NCBI GenBank assembly: GCA_964424165.1
Contig: CAYRIB010000001.1
Coordinates: 13,360 to 70,300, forward strand
DNA from: an uncultured Myxococcales bacterium
GTDB taxonomy: Bacteria; Myxococcota_A; UBA9042; DTJE01
DNA length: 56,941 bases
Direction: 5' to 3'
In this document: positions 19,642 to 28,489 of the stretch, piece by piece
Layout: the number at the start of each line of letters is the position of its first letter
How positions within the stretch are numbered: the first letter of the stretch is position 1
The notes under the pieces: generated by a model
Told to the model about the DNA's origin: nothing
Databases searched by the model: none
Seen by the model: the letters and a program-made list of their open reading frames with translations, nothing else
Program-made: the position numbers and the translations under genes

Positions 19642-21706
19642 ACGAGCCGGCCTTGAAGGTCAGCACCGCACTCCATTCGCAGGGCTGGGCCATGGTGCCC
19701 ATCGAGTCGAACAGCATGTCCGACATTCCGTTGCTTTCGAGCTTGTCCCCGAGGGGGCAGGGGGCCTTGGTGGCGAGCTGGAAGTTCTCGCCGCTCGAAA
19801 CGTCGAGCGACTCGAGCTGCGTGTTGATCAGGGTTGCCAGTGCCGGGATCAGGGCGTTACAAGCGCTGACGAGCGCATTGTTCCCGGTGCCGCCTTCGCC
19901 CACGATCTTCTGCGTCAGCGACGCGCAGCAGCAACCGACGTAGTCGATGCAGAACTTGCCGTTCGCCTCGTCGTATTCGTAGCCCTTGGTGGGGTCGTAT
20001 TCGCCGTGGCTTGCCTTGATCCCGATCTCGACGCAGTTGAGCGGGTCATCCGGGTTTTCCTCGAGTTCCCGTTCCGGGGAGCCGCCAAGCAGCACGGCCA
20101 TCATCTTCTGGACGCTGTCCACATCCGGGCCCCAGATGCGCGGGAACACGAAGGTTTCGAGGATCCACCGGGCCAGCACCCCGTACTTCAGCTGGATGGC
20201 ATGCGGGTCGATCGACAGTTTGTAGACCTTGTTGTCGAGCGTCAGGGCACAGGGCACCCCGGTGGCCTGGACCACGCCGCTGGCATTGGTGCTGGCCAGA
20301 CTGAAGGCGTTCCAACCGCATTCCGGGTCCATGGGGTCGCAATCCACGCCGAGCGTCCAGCGCACCTTGATGGTGTTGAATTTCTGTTCGAGCGTGGTTT
20401 CGCCGTTGGCATTGGGTTCCTGGGCGATCTTGATCTGCGAGCCGAGCTGGAACTTCGTCAGGATGACCGATACGTCCTGGCCGGTGAAGAAGATCGCAGC
20501 CGCGGTATCGTTGCTGGCGATCAGGGCCGTGATCACCGCGTCGAGCACGTCCTTGACGATGATGCCAAGCGCGGTCATGCAGTTGTCTTCGATGCTCGGG
20601 AAGGATTCCGACGCAGGACAGGGCGACGTGCCCGGCTGCACGAAGATCGCGTCGCACACGCCCTGCAGGCTATCGCCCGAGAGCTGACAGATCGCCTTGA
20701 TCAGGGTCGCGGTCGGGCTCTGGAACAGGTCCGTGATGTAGTTGATCACGGTCGCCACGGTCGGGGGCAGGCCGCTGACGAAGTCGATCGTGGTCCACAC
20801 CTCGTAGGTGCCCGCCAGCTTCGGGGTCAGGTCCGCGAGAGTGAGTTCCACGAACCGGGACTTGTTGACCTCGACCAGCCCTTCCGAGTCGTTGCAGGCG
20901 TAGGCTCGCACCGCACCGGTGTTGTTCATGTTGGCCATGCCGATGATGGTGTACATCTGCGAGGGTTCCTGGCCCGCACCGCTGCCAAGCTTGGGCAGAC
21001 TCGGGAAGGCCGCGGTCTGGGTCAGGGCGATCGGCCCGACCGACGCGGTGGCCGTGGGCAATGCGTCCATGTTCAGATCCGCGCACTTGGGCTTCTTCGT
21101 CGCGGCGTCCTGCTTGAAGATCAGCACGCGCGCCGTATTCATCTGGGGATACATGCCCACGTAGTCCTCGAAGCCCACGACCAAGGGGATCACGTTTTTC
21201 GGGGACACGACCACGTTGAAGTACAGGCAGGAAACGTCGGCCTCGCCGTCCGCGCACACCTTGACCTGCAACTGTCCGGGCTGGGCCAGGATGTTGCGGA
21301 CCTTGGTGGCTGCAATGCCCTGGGCATTGGTGAACGTGGAACTGGCCTCGAGCTGGCAGATCGAACTCGTGTCACCGAGGATCTCGTAGGTGATGACCGC
21401 ACCGGCGATGGGTTCGGAGCCGTTGAAGTACGCGACTTCCAGGCTGCGGTCGCCCGAGTACGGCAGCACGATATTGCAGGTGGTCTTGTTCACGCAGGAC
21501 TGACCGATGTCGTCCGTTTCGATCACGAACTTCAAGGTCTTGACCCCGTACGGGACGTCCGGGCCAACGATGGAATTGTCGCCGGGAATGTCGAGCCCGG
21601 GCACATCCGTGCCGGCATCGGGCTGGGCCTTGGTTCCTCCGCCGCCACAGGCGACGGTCAGTGACGCCATCAGTACCGTGAACGTCACAGCCAGAAGCTT
21701 CTTCAT
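19604..21706 (-). CDS. Large Cys-rich lipoprotein of unknown function, with an Ig-like N-terminal segment
   Basis: ATG 21706..21704 preceded by GGGAGAG. Signal and lipobox MKKLLAVTFTVLMASLTVAC-GGGG. The segment TNAQGIAATKVRNILAQPGQLQVKV resembles bacterial Ig-like (Big_1-type) strands. No motif is recognisable in the remaining ~550 aa. Balanced composition and G/C-ending codons, unlike the antisense 807-aa ORF. Confidence 0.7.
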   Translation of the reverse strand: MKKLLAVTFTVLMASLTVACGGGGTKAQPDAGTDVPGLDIPGDNSIVGPDVPYGVKTLKFVIETDDIGQSCVNKTTCNIVLPYSGDRSLEVAYFNGSEPIAGAVITYEILGDTSSICQLEASSTFTNAQGIAATKVRNILAQPGQLQVKVCADGEADVSCLYFNVVVSPKNVIPLVVGFEDYVGMYPQMNTARVLIFKQDAATKKPKCADLNMDALPTATASVGPIALTQTAAFPSLPKLGSGAGQEPSQMYTIIGMANMNNTGAVRAYACNDSEGLVEVNKSRFVELTLADLTPKLAGTYEVWTTIDFVSGLPPTVATVINYITDLFQSPTATLIKAICQLSGDSLQGVCDAIFVQPGTSPCPASESFPSIEDNCMTALGIIVKDVLDAVITALIASNDTAAAIFFTGQDVSVILTKFQLGSQIKIAQEPNANGETTLEQKFNTIKVRWTLGVDCDPMDPECGWNAFSLASTNASGVVQATGVPCALTLDNKVYKLSIDPHAIQLKYGVLARWILETFVFPRIWGPDVDSVQKMMAVLLGGSPERELEENPDDPLNCVEIGIKASHGEYDPTKGYEYDEANGKFCIDYVGCCCASLTQKIVGEGGTGNNALVSACNALIPALATLINTQLESLDVSSGENFQLATKAPCPLGDKLESNGMSDMLFDSMGTMAQPCEWSAVLTFKAGSYAPKATFYGTRK

Positions 21707-21804
21707 CGTGATCTCTCCCGTTGCGTCCAATGAATCGACGAATCCTGAGGCATCTTACCAGAAAGGATGGCGGAAGATCAACTTTACCGTGGACTTTTCA
21801 CGAC

Positions 21805-23199
21805 TCAGACCGGTTCGAAGCGGGCCTGGAAGAAGCGCAGAGCCGGGGGTTCGTACACCATCCGCAGGCCGCGAATCTGCTCGCGCCGCTGATAGGTCCG
21901 GATGATGCCCGCGGCCACGAAGTCCATGTGACTCTGGGTGTAGACCCGACGCGGAATCGTCAGGCGCACGAGTTCGAGCTTCGGGAACACGTTCTCGCCC
22001 GTCACCTTGTCACGGCCCTTGGACACGGCCCCGCGCTCCATGGTACGCACGCCGCAGTCCTCGAAGATGGCCGAGGCCAGTGCCTGGGACGGGAAGGCCT
22101 CGCGCGGCACGTGGGGCAGGAAGCGCAGCGCATCGAGGAAGACCGCATGCCCGCCCACGGGCTCCACGATCGGCACGCCCCCGGCCCGCAGCTTCTGGCC
22201 CAGGTAGCGAACCTGATTGATGCGGGCCCGCAGATAGTCGAGTTCCGTTCCTTCGCGAAGACCGCGCGCCACGGCCTCGAGGTCCCGCCCGGCCATGCCA
22301 CCGTAGGTGTGCAGGCCCTCGTAGACCACGACCATCGAACGGCAGGCTTCGTAGATCTTCTCGTCGTTGGTGGCGATGAATCCGCCGATGTTGACCATGC
22401 AGTCCTTCTTGGCGGAATAGGTGCACGCCACCGACAAACTGCACATCTCGCGCAGGATGTCGACGATCTCTCGCTGGCCCTGGCCTTCCTCACGCTCGCG
22501 CACGAAGAAGGCGTTTTCGGACGAGCGGGTGCAGTCGAACACGATGGGAATCCCGTAGTCCTTCAGCAGGCGGGCCACCTCCCGAACGTTGCCCAGGGCC
22601 ACGGGCTGGCCGCCGGCCATGTTGACCGTGAGCTCGATGTTCACGTACGGAATCTTGTCCTTGCCCTTCTCGTCGATGAGCTTCTTGACCTTGGCCAGAT
22701 CCACGTTGCCCTTGAACGGATGATGGCTCTGCGGGTCGTGCGCCTCGTCCACGATCACGTCGATCATGGTTCCGCCCTGCAGTTCCACGTGCTGGCGCGA
22801 GGTGGTGAAGTACATGTTGCGCGGCACGAAGTCGCCCGGCTTGACCATGGCACGGGCCAGGATGTGCTCGGCCCCGCGTCCCTGGTGGGTCGGGATGATG
22901 TACTTGTAGCCGAGTACGTCACGGATCGAAGCTTCGAGGTGGGTGTAGTTGCGGCTGCCCGCGTACGCCTCGTCGCCGATCATCATGCCGGCCCACTGAT
23001 GGTCCGACATGGCCGTGGTGCCCGAGTCGGTCAGCAGGTCGATGTAGACATCCTCGGAGGGCAGCAGGAAGGTGTTGTAGCCGGCCTCGCGCATGACCTG
23101 GGCCCGGCGTTCGGGGGAAGCCAGTCGGATCGGCTCGACCACCTTGATTTTGTAGGGTTCCGCGAGTTGCTCGTACGTGATCAGTTCCTGTTCGGTCAT
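21805..23199 (-). CDS. Beta-eliminating PLP lyase, tyrosine phenol-lyase-like (TPL/tryptophanase family)
   Basis: DLLTDSGTTAMSDHQWAGMMIGDEAYAGS and PTHQGRGAEH. PLP-lysine block SAKKDCMVNIGGF. VPIVEPVGGHAVFLDA, RLTIPRRVYTQSHMD and YEPPALRFFQARF. ATG 23199..23197 preceded by AAGGAGAA. ATGA overlap with the RND gene stop. Confidence 0.9.
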   Translation of the reverse strand: MTEQELITYEQLAEPYKIKVVEPIRLASPERRAQVMREAGYNTFLLPSEDVYIDLLTDSGTTAMSDHQWAGMMIGDEAYAGSRNYTHLEASIRDVLGYKYIIPTHQGRGAEHILARAMVKPGDFVPRNMYFTTSRQHVELQGGTMIDVIVDEAHDPQSHHPFKGNVDLAKVKKLIDEKGKDKIPYVNIELTVNMAGGQPVALGNVREVARLLKDYGIPIVFDCTRSSENAFFVREREEGQGQREIVDILREMCSLSVACTYSAKKDCMVNIGGFIATNDEKIYEACRSMVVVYEGLHTYGGMAGRDLEAVARGLREGTELDYLRARINQVRYLGQKLRAGGVPIVEPVGGHAVFLDALRFLPHVPREAFPSQALASAIFEDCGVRTMERGAVSKGRDKVTGENVFPKLELVRLTIPRRVYTQSHMDFVAAGIIRTYQRREQIRGLRMVYEPPALRFFQARFEPV

Positions 23200-25646
23200 G
23201 GGGTGTTCTCCTTCTTCTTGCGTTCCATCCAAACCAGCAGCGCGCACATCGTGATTTCGGCCCCGATCAGGCACGTGACTTCCCCGATGTCCGCGATGAT
23301 ACCGAAGCTCTGAAGCGCCATATTGGTCGACATGATCAGGGTGGCATAACCGAGGATGGTGGTCAGCGAGCACAGGAACACCGCGCCGCCCGTGGACCGC
23401 AGGACCGCCAGGATGCTGCCGGGGCCCTCCTGCCGATAGCGCGAGAAGATGTTGGCCCCGTAATCCACGCTGATGCCCAGACTGATCGGGATCACCACGA
23501 AGTTCAGGAAGTTCAGCTTGAGGTCGAACAGGGCTGCCCCTGCGATCATCCAGATCGTGCCGAGCGTGACCGAGAGCATGATGGCCAGCAGTGCCCGGGG
23601 CGACCGGAAGGCAAACAGCAGCAGGATCATGACCCCGGCCACGCTCACGGCCGTGACCAGGATGCCGTCGCGCAGGATGGCCGCGACCATGTCGGCGAAT
23701 ACCATGGGTTGCCCCACGGCGGTCAGTTCCGCATCATGGATGTGGAAGTTGCGGATGAATGCCGCGAACTTCAGGAGGTAGCGCCCATCGAGCAGGCTTT
23801 CGCCCGGCTTGGCATACACGTAAAGGATGCGTCCGCGCGTGCCGTCCTTTTCCGAGAACGTCCAGGCGACCTTTTCCGGGATGTCCTCGATCCCCACCAC
23901 GCGCAGGTCGTCCGCAGGACGATATTCCTCGATGTCCTTACGGTCCTTCTCATCGAGAAAGTCGATCTTGCGATCGATCATGGCCCGCAGTTCGGACAGC
24001 ACCTCGACCTTTTTCTCCTGGTCCTTGGGCAAGAAGTCGAACAGTGTCTTGACGTCCCCGATCACTTGCTTGGCCCCCGGGTAGGCCAGCATTTCCTGCT
24101 TGATGCGCGGCACGTCCGCCACATCCTCGGTGATCACGGGCGTGGGCGAGGTGGGCAGGTCGAAGATCTTGTCGACCCGGCCGGACAGCTTGGAACTGCC
24201 CCGTTCGACCGACACTCGATTGCGCAGATTGCGGAAATCGTATTCGAAGGGGTCCTGGGCATAGGGGATGATCAGGATGATTGAGGCCACGGTCAGCACG
24301 GCCGATGCGACCAGGATCTTGCGCGGATGCGTCAGCACGAAGCGCCCGATGGCCGTCGTGAATCGCTGCTTGCCCTGGCTGCGGCGCTGTCCCAGCGGCT
24401 TGATGCTGTGGAACACGGCCACCAGCGCTGGGCCGAACAAGAACGCCGCCAGCCAGCACACGATCATGCCGATCCCGCCGATGATGCCGAATTGGCGGAA
24501 GCCCCGGAAGCTGGCCACCACGAGGGACCCGTACGCAATCGAGGTCGCTGCGGCGGCGATCAGTGTGCCCTTGGCCGCCCCGGGCACCGCCACGCGAAGG
24601 ACCTCGTGCAGCTTGTCCGGGCCGCGTTCATGGATCTCCTCGTACACGCGGGCCGCGAGCATGATCATGAAGTTGATGCCGTTGCCCGCGATGATCGCAG
24701 ACAGGAATGCGGTGGCCGTGTTCAGGTACCCGACCGCGAAATATCCGACCGCGAAGGCCACGGCCACGCCCAGGAAGGTCGGGGCCCCGACGATGAACAC
24801 CGAACGGGCGCTGCGATAGTATCCGATGATGAGCGCCAGCAGGAGCACGAAGCACATCATGGTGATGAACGTGATGTCATCGACCAGTGCATCGCGTTCC
24901 TCGAGGCCGGTCTTCACGTCCCCGGTGAATCCCACGACCATGTTCGGGTGGAAGGCCTTGGGGTTCAGGTTCGCGATGTCGTCTTCGATGTGTTGAATCA
25001 GGATTTCGGATTCCTCGAATCCCGAGGCATGCGACGGCGGACGAATGAACATGGCGACGAGCGATCGGTCGGGGGTCACGTAGAACCCGTTCGGATAGCG
25101 GTCCTGTTCCTTGCCCTTCTTTTCATATTTTTCGCGGAGTTCGGCGATCTTGAGATCGGTCTTCGGCCGAGGCTCGTCATCAAGGGATTCGACCACGCTA
25201 TCTTCGGTTTCTTCCTGAATGCGGGCCTTGAGCCGGTCCCGGAAGTCCACCAGGTCCTGGTAGTCCGCGTACAACAGTTTGTTCTTCTTGAAGAAATCCG
25301 TGAGTTCGGTGACCTTGTAATCCACGAACTTGATCTGATCGGGGGGGTACTGCTCGAGCCGTGCGGCCAGCGCCTCGGCAAAGCGCTGGCTGGCTGCGAG
25401 GTCCGGGGATTCGATGGCCACGGTCAGCGTGGCATAGGACGAAACGCGTTCCTTGAGTTGTTCGAGGTTGACCACGCTCGGCGCATCGGTGGGCAGCAGT
25501 TCGATCAGGTCGCTCTTGAGCGTGAGCTTCGAGGCGAAGAACAGGGCGACGAAGAACAGAGCCGTGCCGGTCCAGAAGATCCACCAGCGATGACGGATCG
25601 AAAAGTCGGCCCAGCGCTGCAGCAATCGGTCGAAGGGGTCGTTCAT
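23196..25646 (-). CDS. MMPL/RND-superfamily exporter (COG1033-like, HpnN-type architecture)
   Basis: Start MNDPFDRLLQRWADFSIRHRWWIFW (ATG 25646..25644). Two blocks of about 6 TM helices are separated by soluble loops. No membrane-fusion or outer-membrane partner gene is adjacent. The part of the track ORF upstream of 25646 is an Arg/Pro/His-rich artefact. Confidence 0.8.
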   Translation of the reverse strand: MNDPFDRLLQRWADFSIRHRWWIFWTGTALFFVALFFASKLTLKSDLIELLPTDAPSVVNLEQLKERVSSYATLTVAIESPDLAASQRFAEALAARLEQYPPDQIKFVDYKVTELTDFFKKNKLLYADYQDLVDFRDRLKARIQEETEDSVVESLDDEPRPKTDLKIAELREKYEKKGKEQDRYPNGFYVTPDRSLVAMFIRPPSHASGFEESEILIQHIEDDIANLNPKAFHPNMVVGFTGDVKTGLEERDALVDDITFITMMCFVLLLALIIGYYRSARSVFIVGAPTFLGVAVAFAVGYFAVGYLNTATAFLSAIIAGNGINFMIMLAARVYEEIHERGPDKLHEVLRVAVPGAAKGTLIAAAATSIAYGSLVVASFRGFRQFGIIGGIGMIVCWLAAFLFGPALVAVFHSIKPLGQRRSQGKQRFTTAIGRFVLTHPRKILVASAVLTVASIILIIPYAQDPFEYDFRNLRNRVSVERGSSKLSGRVDKIFDLPTSPTPVITEDVADVPRIKQEMLAYPGAKQVIGDVKTLFDFLPKDQEKKVEVLSELRAMIDRKIDFLDEKDRKDIEEYRPADDLRVVGIEDIPEKVAWTFSEKDGTRGRILYVYAKPGESLLDGRYLLKFAAFIRNFHIHDAELTAVGQPMVFADMVAAILRDGILVTAVSVAGVMILLLFAFRSPRALLAIMLSVTLGTIWMIAGAALFDLKLNFLNFVVIPISLGISVDYGANIFSRYRQEGPGSILAVLRSTGGAVFLCSLTTILGYATLIMSTNMALQSFGIIADIGEVTCLIGAEITMCALLVWMERKKKENTP

Positions 25647-25793
25647 CGGTGGCCTCGCCCAAGTCCGCGCCCAAGTATAGGCGAAGACGGACAAAACGGT
25701 AGGGGCAAATGCGAGTGCGGGGGGAGTGCTATGGGATGCAGTTCTTGCCCTTGCGGGTCGGGCGGGGCATGATTGCGGGGTTTGGGAGGTGCC

Positions 25794-26468
25794 ATGGTCG
25801 ATCATGTGTTTCATCCGTTTTCCCAGGATTCCAAGCCCGAGGGCGTGATTGGGGGCGAGGTTCGGCACCATGCGGAGCGGTTGCCGGGAGGGGTGTCGCA
25901 TCCTCGGTTGGTGCCGTGTGCAGAAGGCGAGGCAGCAGACCGTTTCCGGGAGGCTGCTCAGGGACGCGAACTGGTGATCGAGGTGGGGCCGGGCAAGGGG
26001 TTGTTCTTGAATCGGATGGCCTCGGCACATCCCGATCGGCTGTTCTTGGGCGTGGACATCCGTCTGGGATTCTGCCTTCGGACCCTCGAGCGGGCGGATG
26101 CGGCCCGTCTGGAAAACATCTGGCTGGCTTACGGGGATGCTCGGTTGATGATTCCAGCCCTGGTCGCGGACGCAAGCGCGGTCGAGGCCTACCTGCTGTT
26201 TCCCGACCCCTGGTGGAAGCGACGCCATGCCCGGCGACGCCACGGCGGGCTGATGGCGCAGGTGATTGGCAATGCGCTGATGCCCGGCGGACGATTGGTT
26301 CTCAAGAGCGACATCGAGGGCTATCTGGCCACCATCTGCGAGTCGTTCGGGGCGTCCCCCGTCTTCACGCCTCATGACGTGCCATCGGGCCTGCCGCGCA
26401 CCGATCGCGAGGACCGTCTGGTGCCTGCGGGTGTTCCCATCTTTACAGCGGCCTTCGTGAAACGCTAG
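25794..26468 (+). CDS. trmB: tRNA (guanine-N7)-methyltransferase
   Basis: LVIEVGPGKGLF SAM motif and the hallmark LLFPDPWWKRRHARRR. ATG 25794 preceded by GGGAGG. The track start at 25773 is a TTG. Confidence 0.85.
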   Translation: MVDHVFHPFSQDSKPEGVIGGEVRHHAERLPGGVSHPRLVPCAEGEAADRFREAAQGRELVIEVGPGKGLFLNRMASAHPDRLFLGVDIRLGFCLRTLERADAARLENIWLAYGDARLMIPALVADASAVEAYLLFPDPWWKRRHARRRHGGLMAQVIGNALMPGGRLVLKSDIEGYLATICESFGASPVFTPHDVPSGLPRTDREDRLVPAGVPIFTAAFVKR

Positions 26469-26502
26469 GATCGGGACTTCCCCGGTCTTGGAGACATCCT
26501 TC

Positions 26503-28476
26503 ATGTGGCACGACGCAATCCTGATGTCCCTGCTTCTGGTCGCGGCACTGGCGTGGTTCTTCCGAACCATGCGGGTCAAGGTCGGGGTGCTGTTGCGCCT
26601 TCGTCCGGACAGGCGATGGGACCATGTGGGCCAGCGCCTGATCAACACGGTGACGGTGGCATTGGCCCAGGCCAAGATGTTCAAGGACCCCTGGCCCGGG
26701 CTGATGCATGCCTTCATTTTCTGGGGATTTCTGGTGCTGCTCGTACGCAGCATCTCGCTGGTGGGCATGGCCTACACCACGGATTTCGAATGGTCCCTGC
26801 TGTCTTTCTGGCCCGCCCTGGATGCGGTCTACACCTGGCTGAAGGACTGGACCGAACTCGTGGTCCTGGCCATGGTGCTCGTGGCGTTCTTCCGACGTCT
26901 GGTCGTGCGCCCCGAACGTCTGACGATGTCTTCTTCCGCCTATATCATCCTGGGGCTCATCGGGGTCCTGATGGTCACGGACTTTCTGTTCGACGGCAGC
27001 CGGTTCGCCTTGGGTTTCGCCAAGGCAGAACAGGCGCATGCGCCGATCGGGTCGCTGGTGGCCGGGTGGATGGAAGGGACGTCGCCCGCTCTGTTGCGCG
27101 TGATCCGGACGGCATCGTACTGGGTGCACATCGTCACCTTGCTGTATTTCCTGAACTTCCTGCCCTTGTCCAAGCATTTCCATGTGATTACGTCGATCCC
27201 GAACGTGTTCTTCTCGCGCCTGGGTTCGCCCGGGGCTCTGTCCCCGATTCTGGACATCGAGAATCAGGAGCGGTTCGGGGTGTCGCAGGCCCGGGACCTG
27301 ACCTGGAAGCAGGCCCTTGACGGCTATTCGTGCACCGAGTGCGGGCGCTGTTCGGTCAACTGCCCGGCACACCAGTCGGGCAAGCCGCTCAATCCCAAGT
27401 TGGTGATCGACGAGATGCGCGACTTCGTGAAGGCCCGAGAGGGGGCGCTGCTCGGCGGCACCGAGGGAGATGAAGGCCCGACACTGGCTTCGGCGGTGGG
27501 TGAGGAGGCGATCTGGTCGTGCACGACTTGCCGATCGTGCGAAGAAAACTGTCCGGTCACGATCACCCACGTAGACAAGATCGTGGATCTGCGGCGCAAT
27601 CTGGTTCTGGTCGAAGGCCGCTACAACCCGGAAGTCGGCACCGCGCTCAAGAACCTGGAAAACCGTTCGAATCCCTGGGGCCTGCCGCGCAATGACCGCG
27701 GAATGTGGGCCGTGGAGGCGGGAGTGCCTTTGCTGTCCGAGCATCCGGATGCCGAGGTGTTGTTCTTCATGGGGTGCTTCGCGGCCTATGACGACCGCAA
27801 CCGTCGTGTGGCCGCGGCCGTCATCCGGCTGATGCAGCGGGCCGGCGTGGACTTTGCGGTCCTTGGCGGGAAGGAGGGATGCTGCGGCGACCCGGCGCGT
27901 CGTCTGGGCAACGAGTACCTGTTTCAGATGCAGGCCACCGAGAACATCGAGACGTTCAAGGCCCATCAGGTCAAGCGCATCGTGACCGCCTGTCCGCACT
28001 GCATGAACACCCTGAAGAACGAGTACCCGCAGTGGGGCGGCGTGTTCGAAGTCGAACACCACACGGTGATGCTGGCGCGCCTGCTCGCCGAAGGGCGTCT
28101 GCCGCGTCCGCGCCAGGAAGACCGGCATCCGGTGGTGTTCCACGACTCCTGCTATCTGGGCCGATACAATGGCATCTACGAGGCTCCTCGAGCCATTCTG
28201 CGCGCCTTGGCCACCGAGGTTCCCGAGGCAGAGGCCAGCCAAAAGGGTGGTCTGTGTTGTGGTGCTGGCGGTGGGCTGATGTTTCGTGAGGAGAAGACCG
28301 GGGAACGGATGAATCATCGGCGCCTCGCGCAGTTGCAGGTCAAGGCCCCCCTGATCGCGAGCGCCTGTCCCTACTGCCTCGTGATGCTTCGCGACGGGAT
28401 CAACGAGCGCGAGCTGCAAGAACAGGTGCGGGCCATGGACGTGGCAGAAATGCTCGACCAGAACCTGCAGGCCTGA
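26503..28476 (+). CDS. Membrane-anchored Fe-S oxidoreductase (NarI/DsrM-like membrane domain fused to an HdrD/DsrK/GlcF-like CCG-domain protein)
   Basis: About 230 aa with 5-6 TM helices. Two ferredoxin motifs: CTECGRCSVNCP and CTTCRSCEENCP. Two cysteine-rich CCG domains: GCFAAYD...CCGDP and HDSCYLGR...CCGAGGG. ATG 26503 preceded by GGAGA. Confidence 0.8.
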   Translation: MWHDAILMSLLLVAALAWFFRTMRVKVGVLLRLRPDRRWDHVGQRLINTVTVALAQAKMFKDPWPGLMHAFIFWGFLVLLVRSISLVGMAYTTDFEWSLLSFWPALDAVYTWLKDWTELVVLAMVLVAFFRRLVVRPERLTMSSSAYIILGLIGVLMVTDFLFDGSRFALGFAKAEQAHAPIGSLVAGWMEGTSPALLRVIRTASYWVHIVTLLYFLNFLPLSKHFHVITSIPNVFFSRLGSPGALSPILDIENQERFGVSQARDLTWKQALDGYSCTECGRCSVNCPAHQSGKPLNPKLVIDEMRDFVKAREGALLGGTEGDEGPTLASAVGEEAIWSCTTCRSCEENCPVTITHVDKIVDLRRNLVLVEGRYNPEVGTALKNLENRSNPWGLPRNDRGMWAVEAGVPLLSEHPDAEVLFFMGCFAAYDDRNRRVAAAVIRLMQRAGVDFAVLGGKEGCCGDPARRLGNEYLFQMQATENIETFKAHQVKRIVTACPHCMNTLKNEYPQWGGVFEVEHHTVMLARLLAEGRLPRPRQEDRHPVVFHDSCYLGRYNGIYEAPRAILRALATEVPEAEASQKGGLCCGAGGGLMFREEKTGERMNHRRLAQLQVKAPLIASACPYCLVMLRDGINERELQEQVRAMDVAEMLDQNLQA

Positions 28477-28489
28477 CGGAGAAGCGGGC

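Noticed and set aside
19241-21664. 807-aa plus-strand ORF
   Set aside because: It is antisense to the lipoprotein gene. It has no start context and an Arg/Gly/Asp/His-rich composition. The minus-strand frame has an RBS, a lipobox and balanced composition.
26506-26521. TGGCACG...AATC resembling a sigma-54 -24 element
   Set aside because: The -12 TTGC element is missing at the required spacing, and the site lies inside the first codons of the Fe-S oxidoreductase CDS.
25647-26768. N-terminal 374 codons of the 1190-aa track ORF 23196..26768
   Set aside because: This part has Arg/Pro/His-rich composition, runs antisense through trmB, and precedes a canonical transporter N-terminus (MNDPFDRLL...) at ATG 25646.
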